The position numbers and the translations under genes were made by a program. From Nitrospirota bacterium (GTDB taxonomy: Bacteria > Nitrospirota > Thermodesulfovibrionia > Thermodesulfovibrionales > Dissulfurispiraceae): 64,000 nt of DNA. The stretch covers positions 1,440,001 through 1,504,000 of the forward strand of contig CAWBMP010000004.1 in assembly GCA_963790025.1 (NCBI GenBank), written 5' to 3'. Of this stretch, positions 39,935 through 49,422 are shown piece by piece; position 1 is the stretch's first letter, and each line of letters begins with the position of its first letter. The notes under the pieces were generated by a model. That model ran no database searches and was not told the DNA's origin. It saw only the letters and a list, made by a program, of their open reading frames with translations.

Positions 39935-41098
39935 ATGCATGATTTGCATAGAATAATAGCTGAGATTCTTGGTATGTTTCAGCTTGCGGATATCTATCAT
40001 TTCATTCTTCCCCATGTCGGAGTCGGCGGTGGAGTGGAGGGGCGCGAACATGTCGAAATTGTTCCACTGATAAAGTTCACGCTGATCTTTTTAGCCGGGG
40101 TCAGCGTCCTGTTCGGACTCGGCCTTGCCTTTGCTGCGAAGCGCTTTGAGGTTAAAATCGACCCGAGGGTTGAGAAAGTAAAAGATCTTCTCGCGCACGC
40201 GCATTGCGGCGCTTGCTCTTATGCAGGCTGCGAGCAGTACGCCGAGGCCGTCGTCAACAAGCCGGATGTTGCACCTAATCTTTGTATTCCGGCCGGTGCA
40301 AAGGCGGCAGAGGCGATAGCATTAATAACCGGGAAAAAGGCTGATATAAGAGAGCCCCAATTTGCCCGGATTATGTGCCAGGGGAGTTGGAGCAAAACGA
40401 CAAAAAGATTCAAATATGAAGGCGTTCAGGATTGCAGGGCCGCTGTTCTCGCCGGGAGCGGAGACAAGTCGTGCATTTACGGCTGCCTCGGTTACGGGAC
40501 CTGTTCCCGCGTATGTCCTTTCGGCGCCATAACAATGAATGAGGACCATATGCCTGTTGTTGATATGGCCAAATGCACCGGATGCCGGAAATGTGAGGCT
40601 GCATGCCCTAAAAGAGTCATTGAGGTGCTGCCGGCGTCAAAGGCCGTGCTGGTATCCTGTCATTCAATGGACAAAGGCGGAGTGGTACGGAAAAACTGCG
40701 AGGTTGGCTGTATCGCTTGCGGGAAATGCGTTAAGGTTTGTCCTTTTGATGCACCTGGGATCGGGAATAATCTCTCCCGGATAGATATAGGCAAGTGCAG
40801 GGTATGCGGTCTTTGTGCAGGGGTATGCCCCACCAATGCAATTGTTGATTTTATACCCCGCAGGCCCAAGGCAGTTGTAACCGATAAGTGCATAGGATGC
40901 CAGATATGTGCCAAAGTTTGCCCTGTGAATGCCGCAAGCGGCGAGCCGAAGAAAAAGTATGTAATTGCACAGGAAAAATGTATAGGTTGCGGCATGTGCA
41001 CGGCAAAATGCCCTGTGCAGGCCATTGACGGCACCTTTAATGCACAAGAGGTGTTTGCCGCAGCCGCAGCTAAAAAACAGAAGGCCACGGCAGCATAA
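39935..41098 (+). CDS. rnfB: Rnf complex subunit B (polyferredoxin type)
   Basis: TM anchor, CGACSYAGC, multiple CxxCxxCxxxCP motifs. Confidence 0.92.
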   Translation: MHDLHRIIAEILGMFQLADIYHFILPHVGVGGGVEGREHVEIVPLIKFTLIFLAGVSVLFGLGLAFAAKRFEVKIDPRVEKVKDLLAHAHCGACSYAGCEQYAEAVVNKPDVAPNLCIPAGAKAAEAIALITGKKADIREPQFARIMCQGSWSKTTKRFKYEGVQDCRAAVLAGSGDKSCIYGCLGYGTCSRVCPFGAITMNEDHMPVVDMAKCTGCRKCEAACPKRVIEVLPASKAVLVSCHSMDKGGVVRKNCEVGCIACGKCVKVCPFDAPGIGNNLSRIDIGKCRVCGLCAGVCPTNAIVDFIPRRPKAVVTDKCIGCQICAKVCPVNAASGEPKKKYVIAQEKCIGCGMCTAKCPVQAIDGTFNAQEVFAAAAAKKQKATAA

Positions 41099-41174
41099 CT
41101 CCTTAAAGCCCTGTTATTACCTGCTACCAAACCGTTGACACAAATCGTTGAGGGTATTGACATTTATGTTTTAA

Positions 41175-42692
41175 TTGAGTTACAAATATACGCATATGAA
41201 AAAATGTGGCCTTTTAGCCGGAAGTGCACTTCTTTTAACCATGGTTTTATTGACGGCTGCATCGGTAAATGCCGATGCGACAAAGGTCTGGCCGCCGGAT
41301 CCTGAGAATAATACCGTTAATATTGTTGATAAACCTCCGGCGCTTCCTGTTACACCTCCACCCTTCGCTCAGGCCGTTCCAAACAAGACGATAGTTGCAA
41401 ACGAAATCCCAACCGACAAAAATGAAGCCTCTTCTTCTGTAAGTCCGCCTGCCCCTGGCCAGGCGGGCAAAGAAGCTGCGACAACTGTTCCGTCAGCCGG
41501 AGGAGAAAAACAGGTTGCCGTTACCGTGCCTGAAAAAGGCAAGGACGATAAAAATAAAGCCCTGTTCAATGATGATTACGCATCAAACAAAACGGCGCTG
41601 AAGGCCATAGAAAAAAGTGTCGGGATCTTTTCAGACAGGATAAAAGAAAGGTTCTCCGTCTATCTTGAAAGATCGTCGCGGTATATAGACATCATGCAGG
41701 AAATACTGAAAGGAAAAAACCTTCCTGAAGACCTCGTGTTCTTGCCTATTGTTGAAAGCGGTTTCAATACGGATGCGTACTCCAGGGCGAAGGCAGTGGG
41801 CCCATGGCAGTTTATTGCTTCTACGGGAAAGCGTTACGGCCTTGTAATTGATTGGTGGCGTGATGAACGGAAGGACCCGGTAAAGTCAACTATGGCTGCT
41901 GCGGATTATTTGAAGGACCTTTACAAAATGTTCGGTTCATGGAACCTTGCGCTGGCCGCATATAATGCGGGAGAGGGAAAAATTTCAAAGGCACTCAGGA
42001 AAAGCGATTCGGGTGATTACTGGTCTCTTCTCTCCACAAAGCAGATAAAGAATGAAACGAAAGAGTATGTACCGAGTTATATAGCTGCCACAATGATCGC
42101 TACTAGCCCTGAGGAATACGGTTTTAATAATCTGGATTACAGAGAACCTTTGGAATATGACGAGCTGACTATCAGTTCACCGCTCGATATAGATGTTATC
42201 GCAAAATGTGCCGAGTGCACAGTAAAAGAAATCAGAGAAATGAACCCCGAACTCAGGAGATGGAGTACACCGCCTAACATCCGGAACTACACGATAAGAA
42301 TTCCGGAAGGGAGCAAGGATATTTTTCTGGACAACCTCGCGTCCATACCAAAAGAGGAGCGGTTTACCGTTGGGCAGTATACCCTGAAAAAAGGCGACAC
42401 TATAAAAAATATTGCCAGGAAGACAGGCATACCGGCTTCAACCATTCTCGCAATGAATTCCCTGAGTGGACTGGGACATTTGAAGGCAGGAGATACGATA
42501 ACGCTTCCGCCAAAAGATAAATTCAGCCCCGATCCCGATGATAGGGCATCAATTGTTCAGAAAGTCGCATACAAGAAAAAATCGTCCGGCAGGCGTTCCG
42601 GCAAGCGTTCAGGCAAAAAGGGCAAGAGGGGTTCGTCAGGAAAGTCTCATAAAGCAAGGGGCAAGAGCAGAGTCAGGACCAAAAGAGCCTAA
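41175..42692 (+). CDS. MltD-like lytic murein transglycosylase with LysM
   Basis: IVESGF, GPWQF, AAYNAGEG, ETKEYV, LysM repeat; start uncertain. Confidence 0.9.
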   Translation: MSYKYTHMKKCGLLAGSALLLTMVLLTAASVNADATKVWPPDPENNTVNIVDKPPALPVTPPPFAQAVPNKTIVANEIPTDKNEASSSVSPPAPGQAGKEAATTVPSAGGEKQVAVTVPEKGKDDKNKALFNDDYASNKTALKAIEKSVGIFSDRIKERFSVYLERSSRYIDIMQEILKGKNLPEDLVFLPIVESGFNTDAYSRAKAVGPWQFIASTGKRYGLVIDWWRDERKDPVKSTMAAADYLKDLYKMFGSWNLALAAYNAGEGKISKALRKSDSGDYWSLLSTKQIKNETKEYVPSYIAATMIATSPEEYGFNNLDYREPLEYDELTISSPLDIDVIAKCAECTVKEIREMNPELRRWSTPPNIRNYTIRIPEGSKDIFLDNLASIPKEERFTVGQYTLKKGDTIKNIARKTGIPASTILAMNSLSGLGHLKAGDTITLPPKDKFSPDPDDRASIVQKVAYKKKSSGRRSGKRSGKKGKRGSSGKSHKARGKSRVRTKRA

Positions 42693-42734
42693 GTGCTGAT
42701 GTCCCAAATTGTCTGTTTTAAGTTATAGTAATAC

Positions 42735-44024
42735 ATGCTGTTCAATGAGCTGGACATTCCTGAGGCTGTTCTTAAAGGTATTAAAGCTGCCCGGTTCTAT
42801 GAGTGCACTCCGGTACAGGCCGCAACACTTCCCGATGCGTTAAGAGGAAAAGATATAGCCGCCCAATCCCAGACAGGCACAGGGAAGACCGCTGCCTTTC
42901 TGATTGCTATTTTTTCTCGTATGCTTAAGGAGCCGCCTGGACCTGGCACGTCGCCGCGTGCCCTCGTTATCGCCCCGACACGTGAACTTGTAGCGCAGAT
43001 ACATGCCGAAGCCCTCATCCTCGGCCAGTTCACCGGCTTCAGGATCATCCCCATATTTGGAGGGATCGACTACAATAAACAACGCGATTCCCTCAGGGCA
43101 GGGGCCGACATTGTAATCGGGACTCCGGGCCGTCTTATTGATTATCTTAAACAAAATGTCTACAGCCTTAAAAAAACCGAATTTCTCGTGATAGACGAAG
43201 CCGACCGCATGTTCGACATGGGTTTCATCAAAGACCTGCGTTTCCTGCTGCGAAGGATGTCATCCTATAACAAGCGACAATCCATGCTTTTTTCCGCTAC
43301 GCTGTCCTACCGTGTCATGGAGCTATGCTACGAACACATGAACCTCCCTGAGAGGGTCTCCATCACTCCTGAACAGGTCACAGTTAAGAAGGTCGAGCAG
43401 GAACTCTACCACGTGGGAATGTCGGAAAAGCCTGGCCTCCTTCTGGGCATATTGCGGCGCGATGGGGCCGACCGCGTCCTGATCTTTACAAATATGAAAA
43501 TTACTGCTGAGCGGCTGGAAAGACTGCTCAAGGCAAACGATATAAAAGCTGCCGTTATAACCGGTGATATACCTCAGGCGAAGCGCACTGATATCCTTTC
43601 CCGCTTCAAGGAAGGGAAGATTCCCGTGCTGGTAGCATCGGACGTGGCGAGCCGAGGGCTCCATATAGAGGGGGTCACGCATGTAATCAACTATGACTTG
43701 CCCCAGGACAGTGAAGACTACGTACACCGGATCGGCAGGACCGCCAGGGCAGGAGCTGAGGGCAAGGCAATAAGCTTCGCATGTGAGGAATATGTCTATG
43801 CCCTTGAGGACATAGAAAAATATATCAAAGAGAAGATACCTGTAGTTCCGATTGAAGACCACCTTATTGTAAAAAACTACAAGCGGCCCGCAGCGGTCTC
43901 CGGCGGGAAAAAATATTTCGCGTCCTCTTCAAAACGACCCCGCAAACAATCCTTAGGGGAAGGCCCGCGGCCAGGCAAAAGGGAACATGCCGTCAGGAAT
44001 CAACGCTCTAAAAAAGGCGTCTAG
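42735..44024 (+). CDS. DEAD-box RNA helicase (RhlB-like)
   Basis: QTGTGKT, PTREL, DEAD, SAT, HRIGRTAR. Confidence 0.95.
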   Translation: MLFNELDIPEAVLKGIKAARFYECTPVQAATLPDALRGKDIAAQSQTGTGKTAAFLIAIFSRMLKEPPGPGTSPRALVIAPTRELVAQIHAEALILGQFTGFRIIPIFGGIDYNKQRDSLRAGADIVIGTPGRLIDYLKQNVYSLKKTEFLVIDEADRMFDMGFIKDLRFLLRRMSSYNKRQSMLFSATLSYRVMELCYEHMNLPERVSITPEQVTVKKVEQELYHVGMSEKPGLLLGILRRDGADRVLIFTNMKITAERLERLLKANDIKAAVITGDIPQAKRTDILSRFKEGKIPVLVASDVASRGLHIEGVTHVINYDLPQDSEDYVHRIGRTARAGAEGKAISFACEEYVYALEDIEKYIKEKIPVVPIEDHLIVKNYKRPAAVSGGKKYFASSSKRPRKQSLGEGPRPGKREHAVRNQRSKKGV

Positions 44025-44027
44025 ACG

Positions 44028-44702
44028 TTACAGCCGTGCTTTTGCGTCATTGAACAGGGGGGATTTCGGGAACCTGGTAACGAGTTCTTTATATTTGCCT
44101 TTAGCCTCGTTGGTCTTGCCCATTGATTCCAGTATCTTGCCGCTTTCAAGCAGCGCCATGTCCTGCAAAGGGGCATCCTTGATCTTTGAAAGATTGCCAA
44201 AGGTTTTCAAGGCGTTATCCATATCCCCCTTTCTTACGTAACCCATCGCCATCTTATAATAGGCCAGAGAGATAATTTTTTCATTTGAGTACTGGCTTGT
44301 AAGCTCGCTTAGCGCCTTGAATCCCTCGTCGAAATTGCCAAGTTCATAGCAGCAGCTCGCTATATACAGAAGGACAGATGGGTTCTTTTTTGCCGCGTAG
44401 GAAGCCTTGAATTTTTCCAGCGCATTTTTAAAACGGTCCTGCGGGGAAGCATATGCCGCAGTGCTTGACCCGCTCAATATTTTATATCCCTCATATTCCA
44501 TCTCCTCTGCTTTGGCGGACTGTGCACGATTGTAAATAAAAAATGAACCGACTGATATTATTATCAGGCCACATATGATAAAGCCAAAAACGAGAGTGCG
44601 CTGCCGTTCTTTAAGCTTCTTGCGTATATCGGTAACGCTTTCGGCGATGGTGCTTTCATTTTCAGTTTTTTTGCTCACTCTCTTCTTAATGGGTTTGGGC
44701 AT
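44028..44702 (-). CDS. TPR-repeat membrane-anchored protein (YfgM-like)
   Basis: One TM segment followed by TPR-like helices. Confidence 0.75.
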   Translation of the reverse strand: MPKPIKKRVSKKTENESTIAESVTDIRKKLKERQRTLVFGFIICGLIIISVGSFFIYNRAQSAKAEEMEYEGYKILSGSSTAAYASPQDRFKNALEKFKASYAAKKNPSVLLYIASCCYELGNFDEGFKALSELTSQYSNEKIISLAYYKMAMGYVRKGDMDNALKTFGNLSKIKDAPLQDMALLESGKILESMGKTNEAKGKYKELVTRFPKSPLFNDAKARL

Positions 44703-45365
44703 CTATTTCCCTCCTGGTTTTAGCGCCTTTTCAACAAGTGTGCGTGCATGGTGAAAAATATTCTCAACTGCCTGAGCATCTATCCCGGCAGCAAGAAGAA
44801 CACGTTCTGCAAAATCCTTTGTGATGAGGTCTGACGGAGAATGGGCATCGGTATTTACAGTTAACGGAATCCCCAGTTCCATCGCCCGCCGCGCCACATG
44901 TCCGTTTGAGAGACTGTGTCCTTTTCTGGCTGTTATCTCCAGGGTTATTCCCTTATTTCGGGCAAGCAACAGGTCCTCGTGAGATATTAGGCCCGGATGG
45001 GCGAGAATATCAGCTCCTCCCTCAATAGCCGCCCTGTTTGTGCCTTCAGCCACCGGCTCCACTATTGTCTCTCCGTGGACAACTATTATTTTTGCTCCGA
45101 GTCTTCGGGCTTCTTTTATCATGTCCGGTATAAGAGGCGGCGGCACATGAGTAATTTCAGCTCCTGCAAGCACCGGAATAGGGAGATAGGAACGCAGGCT
45201 TTCGATTAGCTTTACGATCCGCGGAATGATCAGGTCAACATTCGACTGGTCCATGTGGTCGGTAATAGCAATGGCGCTGTACCCCTTTGCAGCGGCCCGG
45301 CGGATAAGTTCAGCCGGAATAAGTTCTCCGTCGCTGAACAAACTATGGGTATGCAAATCTATCAT
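44703..45365 (-). CDS. PHP-family (histidinol-phosphatase-like) hydrolase
   Basis: MIDLHTHS, TDH, HGETIVEPV, TDAH. Confidence 0.88.
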   Translation of the reverse strand: MIDLHTHSLFSDGELIPAELIRRAAAKGYSAIAITDHMDQSNVDLIIPRIVKLIESLRSYLPIPVLAGAEITHVPPPLIPDMIKEARRLGAKIIVVHGETIVEPVAEGTNRAAIEGGADILAHPGLISHEDLLLARNKGITLEITARKGHSLSNGHVARRAMELGIPLTVNTDAHSPSDLITKDFAERVLLAAGIDAQAVENIFHHARTLVEKALKPGGK

Positions 45366-45487
45366 TGTACAGTGTAAAACATTCAGGGGAAATGAGGCAA
45401 ATGTAAAAAATTGCATATTGGTGTACTTTGTAATAAAATGATTATTACCGATGCGGGGACTGAAATAATATCACGGAGGTTTGAAAA

Positions 45488-45832
45488 ATGCCCATTATTG
45501 AGTACGCAGGATTAAAAATTACTATCGATGATGAGGGTTATCTTCTCAACAGCAAGGACTGGAATGATACAGTCGCGCACGCCTTGGCTGCTCACGAGGG
45601 TGTTGATGAACTGACAAAAGACAGGCTGGACATTATACGGTTTATGCGCGAGTATTATGAGAAATATAACTTTTTCCCAATTACACGCGCCGTTTGCAAG
45701 AACGTTCATCTCTCGAAGGATTGTTTCAGCGAGAAATTTCTCGATCCACTCAAGGCATGGAAAATAGCTGGACTTCCTAAACCCGATGAGCATGTAATAG
45801 CCGATTTGCGGGGAGAGGGCGGGGTAGTCTAG
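45488..45832 (+). CDS. TusE/DsrC-family protein lacking the C-terminal cysteines
   Basis: IDDEGYL...W...A...IIRFMREYY...KIAGLPKP, then DEHVIADLRGEGGVV with no Cys. Confidence 0.85.
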   Translation: MPIIEYAGLKITIDDEGYLLNSKDWNDTVAHALAAHEGVDELTKDRLDIIRFMREYYEKYNFFPITRAVCKNVHLSKDCFSEKFLDPLKAWKIAGLPKPDEHVIADLRGEGGVV

Positions 45833-45937
45833 GCGCATTGTTCAGAGCGTCAAAACCACGACACTCGCAGTGCCCGTTGTTCTGCAGGCATTATGACTTG
45901 AAAACATTGCGTTCCAATTGGTATATTTAATATTGTC

Positions 45938-46019
45938 GCCGAAGTGGTGGAACTGGTAGACACGCACGTTTGAGGGGCGTGTGGGGCAACCTATGCGGGT
46001 TCGAGTCCCGCCTTCGGCA
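45938..46019 (+). tRNA. tRNA-Leu(GAG)
   Basis: GCCGAAG/CTTCGGC acceptor stem, anticodon loop TT-GAG-GG, long variable arm, GGTTCGAGTCC T arm; CCA not encoded. Confidence 0.97.
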
Positions 46020-46232
46020 TTTTTCTTTTCTTGCATATTCATATGCGTACACAATTAAGTTCTTACTTAAACAATAAAGTCTTTACTTAACCAATTAAGT
46101 TCTTACATTTCGCATCGTAAATTTCACCTCGGATTGTTTGCAAGTTCCGGAGCAAACCTGCTACTCGGTGATGTATTAACCTGAAACCGAGAGGAGAGCC
46201 CTTTCTGGTAAGGATGCGTCCACCCTGCTATA

Positions 46233-46349
46233 CGCGCGGCTGACATCCTGTCAAAGACGTTGAATGCCGATCGTAACATCTATTTGTGGCGATTTTGGGG
46301 TGAAGGGAAATGTAAACAATATAGACCTGACCCTCAGTTCTCTCTCACG
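46233..46349 (+). repeat. 117-bp inverted repeat, left copy
   Basis: Reverse complement of 51116-51232 with one mismatch. Confidence 0.95.
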
Positions 46350-46362
46350 CAGGAGCAACAGC

Positions 46363-47085
46363 CTATGGTTTCGGAGTAAAAGAGTATAGCGTATATGCAC
46401 ACGGTATCACGCCAGTATCCAGTCGAAGATCAATTTCCGGCAGTTTGTCAATATCAGAAAGTTGGCCGTTTGGTTCTGCATAGATCTCCGAAGCAAAAAC
46501 ATCCTGCCTCCGGAATGCCGAAAATCGCAGGTAAAGGAGATTCTCCAACTCATTATTTCTCGTATCAAATACCCTTAACCCTTTGGCTTTAACATGTTCA
46601 TTCGTTGCAAAGACTGTCTCAAAATGTTTGTTAATATCCAAAACAAACAAGGCGCCATTAAATTTTATAACTCTCCATAGCTCATCGGAAATCTTTAGCA
46701 GGTCAGCATCGCTGGAAAAGCAGTCAAAAACATTGGAACAAAGAACAATATCAAACATACTATTTTCAAAAGGTATTTCCAGAATTGATGCTACTTGAAA
46801 GTTCATGCTTTGGGGAGACATTCTTTTGCAGATGTCAATTGCTTTCTCGCTTATATCAAAACCATAACAATTCTCGGGCCTTGTGCGGAGTTCGGAAAAA
46901 AATCTCAGCTTTTCACCACCGGCGCACCCGGCTTCGAGTATTTTATATGTTGAAAGCTCGGTTTTACCCAGCATTATCATCATTCCTATCATGTATTTCC
47001 ATACCCGGTAGTTATTAAAAAGTCTGTAGAGATCCGCTAATCCCACCGGTAGTGAGCCATCCTGCCCGTATTCGAAAGTCGCCAT
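46363..47085 (-). CDS. Class I SAM-dependent methyltransferase (cargo)
   Basis: ILEAGCAGG, GFDIS, IPFENSMFDIV. Confidence 0.85.
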   Translation of the reverse strand: MATFEYGQDGSLPVGLADLYRLFNNYRVWKYMIGMMIMLGKTELSTYKILEAGCAGGEKLRFFSELRTRPENCYGFDISEKAIDICKRMSPQSMNFQVASILEIPFENSMFDIVLCSNVFDCFSSDADLLKISDELWRVIKFNGALFVLDINKHFETVFATNEHVKAKGLRVFDTRNNELENLLYLRFSAFRRQDVFASEIYAEPNGQLSDIDKLPEIDLRLDTGVIPCAYTLYSFTPKP

Positions 47086-47283
47086 TTTAAAATACCTCTC
47101 TTGTAGATTTTAGATTGACCATGCAGTCCTTTTTTTATCTTTCCTGCTACTTAAAATAAGTTACTTTCAACAAAGCTGTATGCTTATGGTTACAGCATGT
47201 ATTATACCAGACAATTTGTGGCAGCTTTCAGAAGGGAGGGCAGTGGGCTACTTTGAATTAAGAAGCTATGATATACTGTGGGT

Positions 47284-48252
47284 ATGACAACATTGGCAGC
47301 CTTATTAACAAAGGATGCGCTGATAATGGGCTGTGATAGCTTAGGGTCTGTAACTAGGCCATTCGTTGATCCTCTTGACTTGATGGATTACTTTGAAAGA
47401 ACCGCCCATGGCTTTGAGCAGAAAGTAGATAGCAATAATAAACCTATAATGAGTATTGACGATATCTTTAACAAAACTCGCGATATCCCTTATAATCATA
47501 TGACTTATGTCGATAAGCTGTTTTCGTTAGAGCCTTTACCTATGGGTATTATGATTACTGGTATCGCATCTATTGGAGACTATACAATTAAAAATTTGAT
47601 AAATCAGTTTATGGGTAAGGAGCCCATCTTTAAAAATAAAGGCAAATCAAAGAATTATACAGTTAGTTCGATAGCGAATAAGATATTGAAATTTATGAAA
47701 ACACATTACGATGCTGAGTACGGAAGTGGCCAAACCAAACAATCACTGGAAATGATGATAGGTGGTTATGATCTACAAAAACATATTCCAACTGTACTTA
47801 GAATACATGTGCATGAAAATAAAGTAGAAAAAACCTTAAAAGATTTTGGTATAGTATTTGGCGGACAAATGACTGAGATTCAGAGAATCGTGTTTGGCAC
47901 AGATGATTTCAACAGATTGAAGCTAATGGTAAGAAGTGATAAAATTTTGAACACATATTATGATGAAGTTACAACTTTTTTGAGGAACAACAACATTAGC
48001 ATTGATATTCCAAAACCGGACACAAAAAACAAACATAATTTTTTCCAAGGATGGGATATCAATGGATTTGACGCTTTTTGGGGTGATTTTTCAGAAAAAA
48101 ATGCCATTGAATGCGTTAAATTCTTTATAGATGTCATGGTTAAGACACAATTATTTAGTGATACAATGCCTACAGTCGGTGGGGATATTCATTTGGCAAA
48201 AATTACTAAAGCTGAAGGATTCAAGTTTTGTTATCAAGAAAAGGAGGGATAG
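47284..48252 (+). CDS. Proteasome beta-subunit-like Ntn hydrolase (putative)
   Basis: N-terminal MTT, LIMGCDS, DKLFSL, MIGGYD, C-terminal TVGGDIHLAKIT. Confidence 0.65.
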   Translation: MTTLAALLTKDALIMGCDSLGSVTRPFVDPLDLMDYFERTAHGFEQKVDSNNKPIMSIDDIFNKTRDIPYNHMTYVDKLFSLEPLPMGIMITGIASIGDYTIKNLINQFMGKEPIFKNKGKSKNYTVSSIANKILKFMKTHYDAEYGSGQTKQSLEMMIGGYDLQKHIPTVLRIHVHENKVEKTLKDFGIVFGGQMTEIQRIVFGTDDFNRLKLMVRSDKILNTYYDEVTTFLRNNNISIDIPKPDTKNKHNFFQGWDINGFDAFWGDFSEKNAIECVKFFIDVMVKTQLFSDTMPTVGGDIHLAKITKAEGFKFCYQEKEG

Positions 48253-48254
48253 AC

Positions 48255-48434
48255 ATGCAAAAAAGCTTGAAATACATAACTGCCGAAGAAATGAATATGT
48301 ACATTAAATATGCAGAGTATTTTAATGTTAAGGGTTTTTGTGCATCGACTTTAAATCGGTCAAATATACAGATTGATAAATTATTACAGCCGATGAATAA
48401 AGCTATTAGTAAGAAAAAAGTTACAAAGAAATAA
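48255..48434 (+). CDS. Small basic hypothetical protein
   Basis: AAGGAGG RBS; starts 2 nt after the upstream stop. Confidence 0.5.
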   Translation: MQKSLKYITAEEMNMYIKYAEYFNVKGFCASTLNRSNIQIDKLLQPMNKAISKKKVTKK

Positions 48435-48448
48435 GAGTCAATAAAGGA

Positions 48449-49273
48449 TTATAGTAAATTTATAATTTCTTCAATCTCCCAAACATGATCTGATATTCCT
48501 GCCTCCATGGCTGGGGTAACTCTCAATGTTTGGTGAATCCGGCAAAAGTTGTAATGCATGAAATGCAGAGCCACAGCACATTCAAGGTTCTCGACCTTCT
48601 TTGAAAAAGCGTTTGTCAATCTGGTAAACCTTCTCATGCTCATGCGCATTGTGAGGTTCTGCCGTTCCACATAGCTTGTAGAAATGTGTTTCTTATCGGG
48701 ATTGCCTTTTATATTTGCTGTTCGTGTTCCAGTGCAAATGGCGGGGCTGTACTTCTTTTGATTGTCAGGACTGTCATTGCCATATAGTTTAACGAGCATG
48801 GCATAATCAATATCACTGCCGAATGCATTTTCAACGGCATCGACATATACCCTGTAACCATCTGTAGTTAATTGGACACGGTGTTTTAATCTGCTTGCAA
48901 GGTCATTTATAAATGCCTTTGCCGCCTGTACGCTACGATCTCCGACATACCAGTTAGCTATAAGCGTTGAATCAGCGCATAAGGCTGTCCACGTCCACAC
49001 GTCACCGTAACCAAACTGCCCTTCAAATTCGGGTGGCACATTCTTATCCTTTGCATAACAGAAAGACCATATTTCGTCACACTGGATACGCTTGCAGGTA
49101 ATTTGACGGACGAACCTATTGTGATACTCCTTACAGACTTTGCCGAGATCAACAAGAAGCTTCAATACCGTCTTCTTTGCAGCGCCAGTCATTCTACAAG
49201 TGGCACGGATAGAATTGCCTTCAACTAAGCAGCTTACTAGTTGCGCTCTTTTCCTTGTATCTAACTGGCTCAT
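48449..49273 (-). CDS. IS1-family DDE transposase (single ORF)
   Basis: HTH (EGNSIRATCR), IQCDEIWSF, LTTDG, TSYVERQNLTMR...FSKK. Confidence 0.9.
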   Translation of the reverse strand: MSQLDTRKRAQLVSCLVEGNSIRATCRMTGAAKKTVLKLLVDLGKVCKEYHNRFVRQITCKRIQCDEIWSFCYAKDKNVPPEFEGQFGYGDVWTWTALCADSTLIANWYVGDRSVQAAKAFINDLASRLKHRVQLTTDGYRVYVDAVENAFGSDIDYAMLVKLYGNDSPDNQKKYSPAICTGTRTANIKGNPDKKHISTSYVERQNLTMRMSMRRFTRLTNAFSKKVENLECAVALHFMHYNFCRIHQTLRVTPAMEAGISDHVWEIEEIINLL

Positions 49274-49279
49274 GATTTT

Positions 49280-49308
49280 ATTATACTTGACCGCTCAAGC
49301 ATTGTCAA
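49280..49308 (-). promoter_or_regulatory. Consensus sigma70 promoter of the transposase, with palindromic operator; leaderless
   Basis: TTGACA-17 nt-TATAAT-6 nt-ATG; the spacer contains CTTGA-GCGG-TCAAG. Confidence 0.8.
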
Positions 49309-49422
49309 GTAAAAAATGTCGACATGAGACACCTTCGTAAGCATTACTTGACAAACTGCATGGTCAACTTGATAAGATAGCTAGTAAACTTGACGATATA
49401 ATGTCGTTATGGAGGCCATCGT

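Noticed and set aside
46051..46106. Possible mini CRISPR array (CAST-like) beside the tRNA
   Set aside because: The period is only 20 bp with no spacers; inverted copies at 51273-51411 identify these as transposase-binding sites.
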